Assembly: GCA_029717555.1 (NCBI GenBank)
Contig: JAMDHS010000054.1
Location: 62,001 to 126,000 of the forward strand
Reading direction: 5' to 3'
Source of the DNA: Peribolospora baueri
Lineage: Eukaryota
DNA length: 64,000 nucleotides
Shown: positions 63,594 through 64,000 of the stretch, one piece after another
Numbering within the stretch: position 1 is the stretch's first letter
Layout: each line of letters opens with the position of its first letter
The notes under the pieces: generated by a model
What the model saw: only the letters and a program-made list of their open reading frames with translations
Told to the model about the DNA's origin: nothing
Databases searched by the model: none
Position numbers and translations under genes: made by a program

Positions 63594-64000
63594 GCGTGTT
63601 GGCTTCAGCGTTAACAAAATGGTTTGGCGGCAAGGGACGAGACATGTGAAGGAAAAGACGAAAGCACGTACGCACGTTGACCTTGTACATGCCTGCATCC
63701 ATCGCACACTATTTTAAAAAGCCGCAATTCGACGGCAATTGGGCCCAGTCGCCCGCAGGCGATTGTCGTCTCCGTCGACGTCAGACAGTACGCGTAACGT
63801 GTTGCCGGCCATGCCTTCTAAACTCAACGCTCGACGATGACCGATACGGGAAAAGTAAAGTAGAGTAATGGTACAGGACGCGAGAACGCTTGTGTCAAGA
63901 GTGATACGACCACCGCCTAGAGATACTAACTGAGAATAGACTGAAAAAGGAAAACACAAGCCGAAGGAAGAAGCACGACATTGTCGCCTCCCCAACTTGT

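Noticed and set aside
1..64000. tRNA, rRNA or prokaryotic-type systems (operons, CRISPR-Cas, defence islands)
   Set aside because: None recognised. All genes are spliceosomal-intron-containing eukaryotic genes. Small ncRNAs such as intronic snoRNAs cannot be excluded without a covariance-model search.

Overview
GC-rich, intron-dense fungal genomic DNA, most likely basidiomycete. This is inferred from GTGAG/GTAAG donors, CTGAC/CTAAC branch points, micro-exons and protein families. I assembled 18 spliced protein-coding genes by hand: a DUF6534-like membrane protein (5'-partial), NAPE-PLD, an RS/RD-rich protein, a hexose transporter, ferrochelatase, glutaredoxin, NECAP, a Zn2Cys6 TF, a second sugar porter, a cytochrome P450, an NADPH alcohol dehydrogenase, tafazzin, UTP12/DIP2, a nucleoside phosphorylase, BDF1, a GATA-finger protein, a THI74/SLC35F-like DMT transporter and a WW/FF splicing factor. 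Five features stand out. (1) A compact four-gene candidate catabolic/detoxification cluster (TF, sugar porter, divergent P450/ADH) is bracketed by mobile-DNA relics. (2) Two copies of a TA-flanked pogo/Tigger-like non-autonomous element retain a PIP-box-like motif (QTDLRQFF). (3) A perfect 98-bp inverted repeat with a (GTTTGCG)n loop is nested inside a larger degenerate inverted-repeat element. (4) A decayed NACHT (NLR-like) fragment is present. (5) The glutaredoxin has a monothiol CAYS active site. Exon boundaries and family assignments come from motif recognition by eye, not from database searches.
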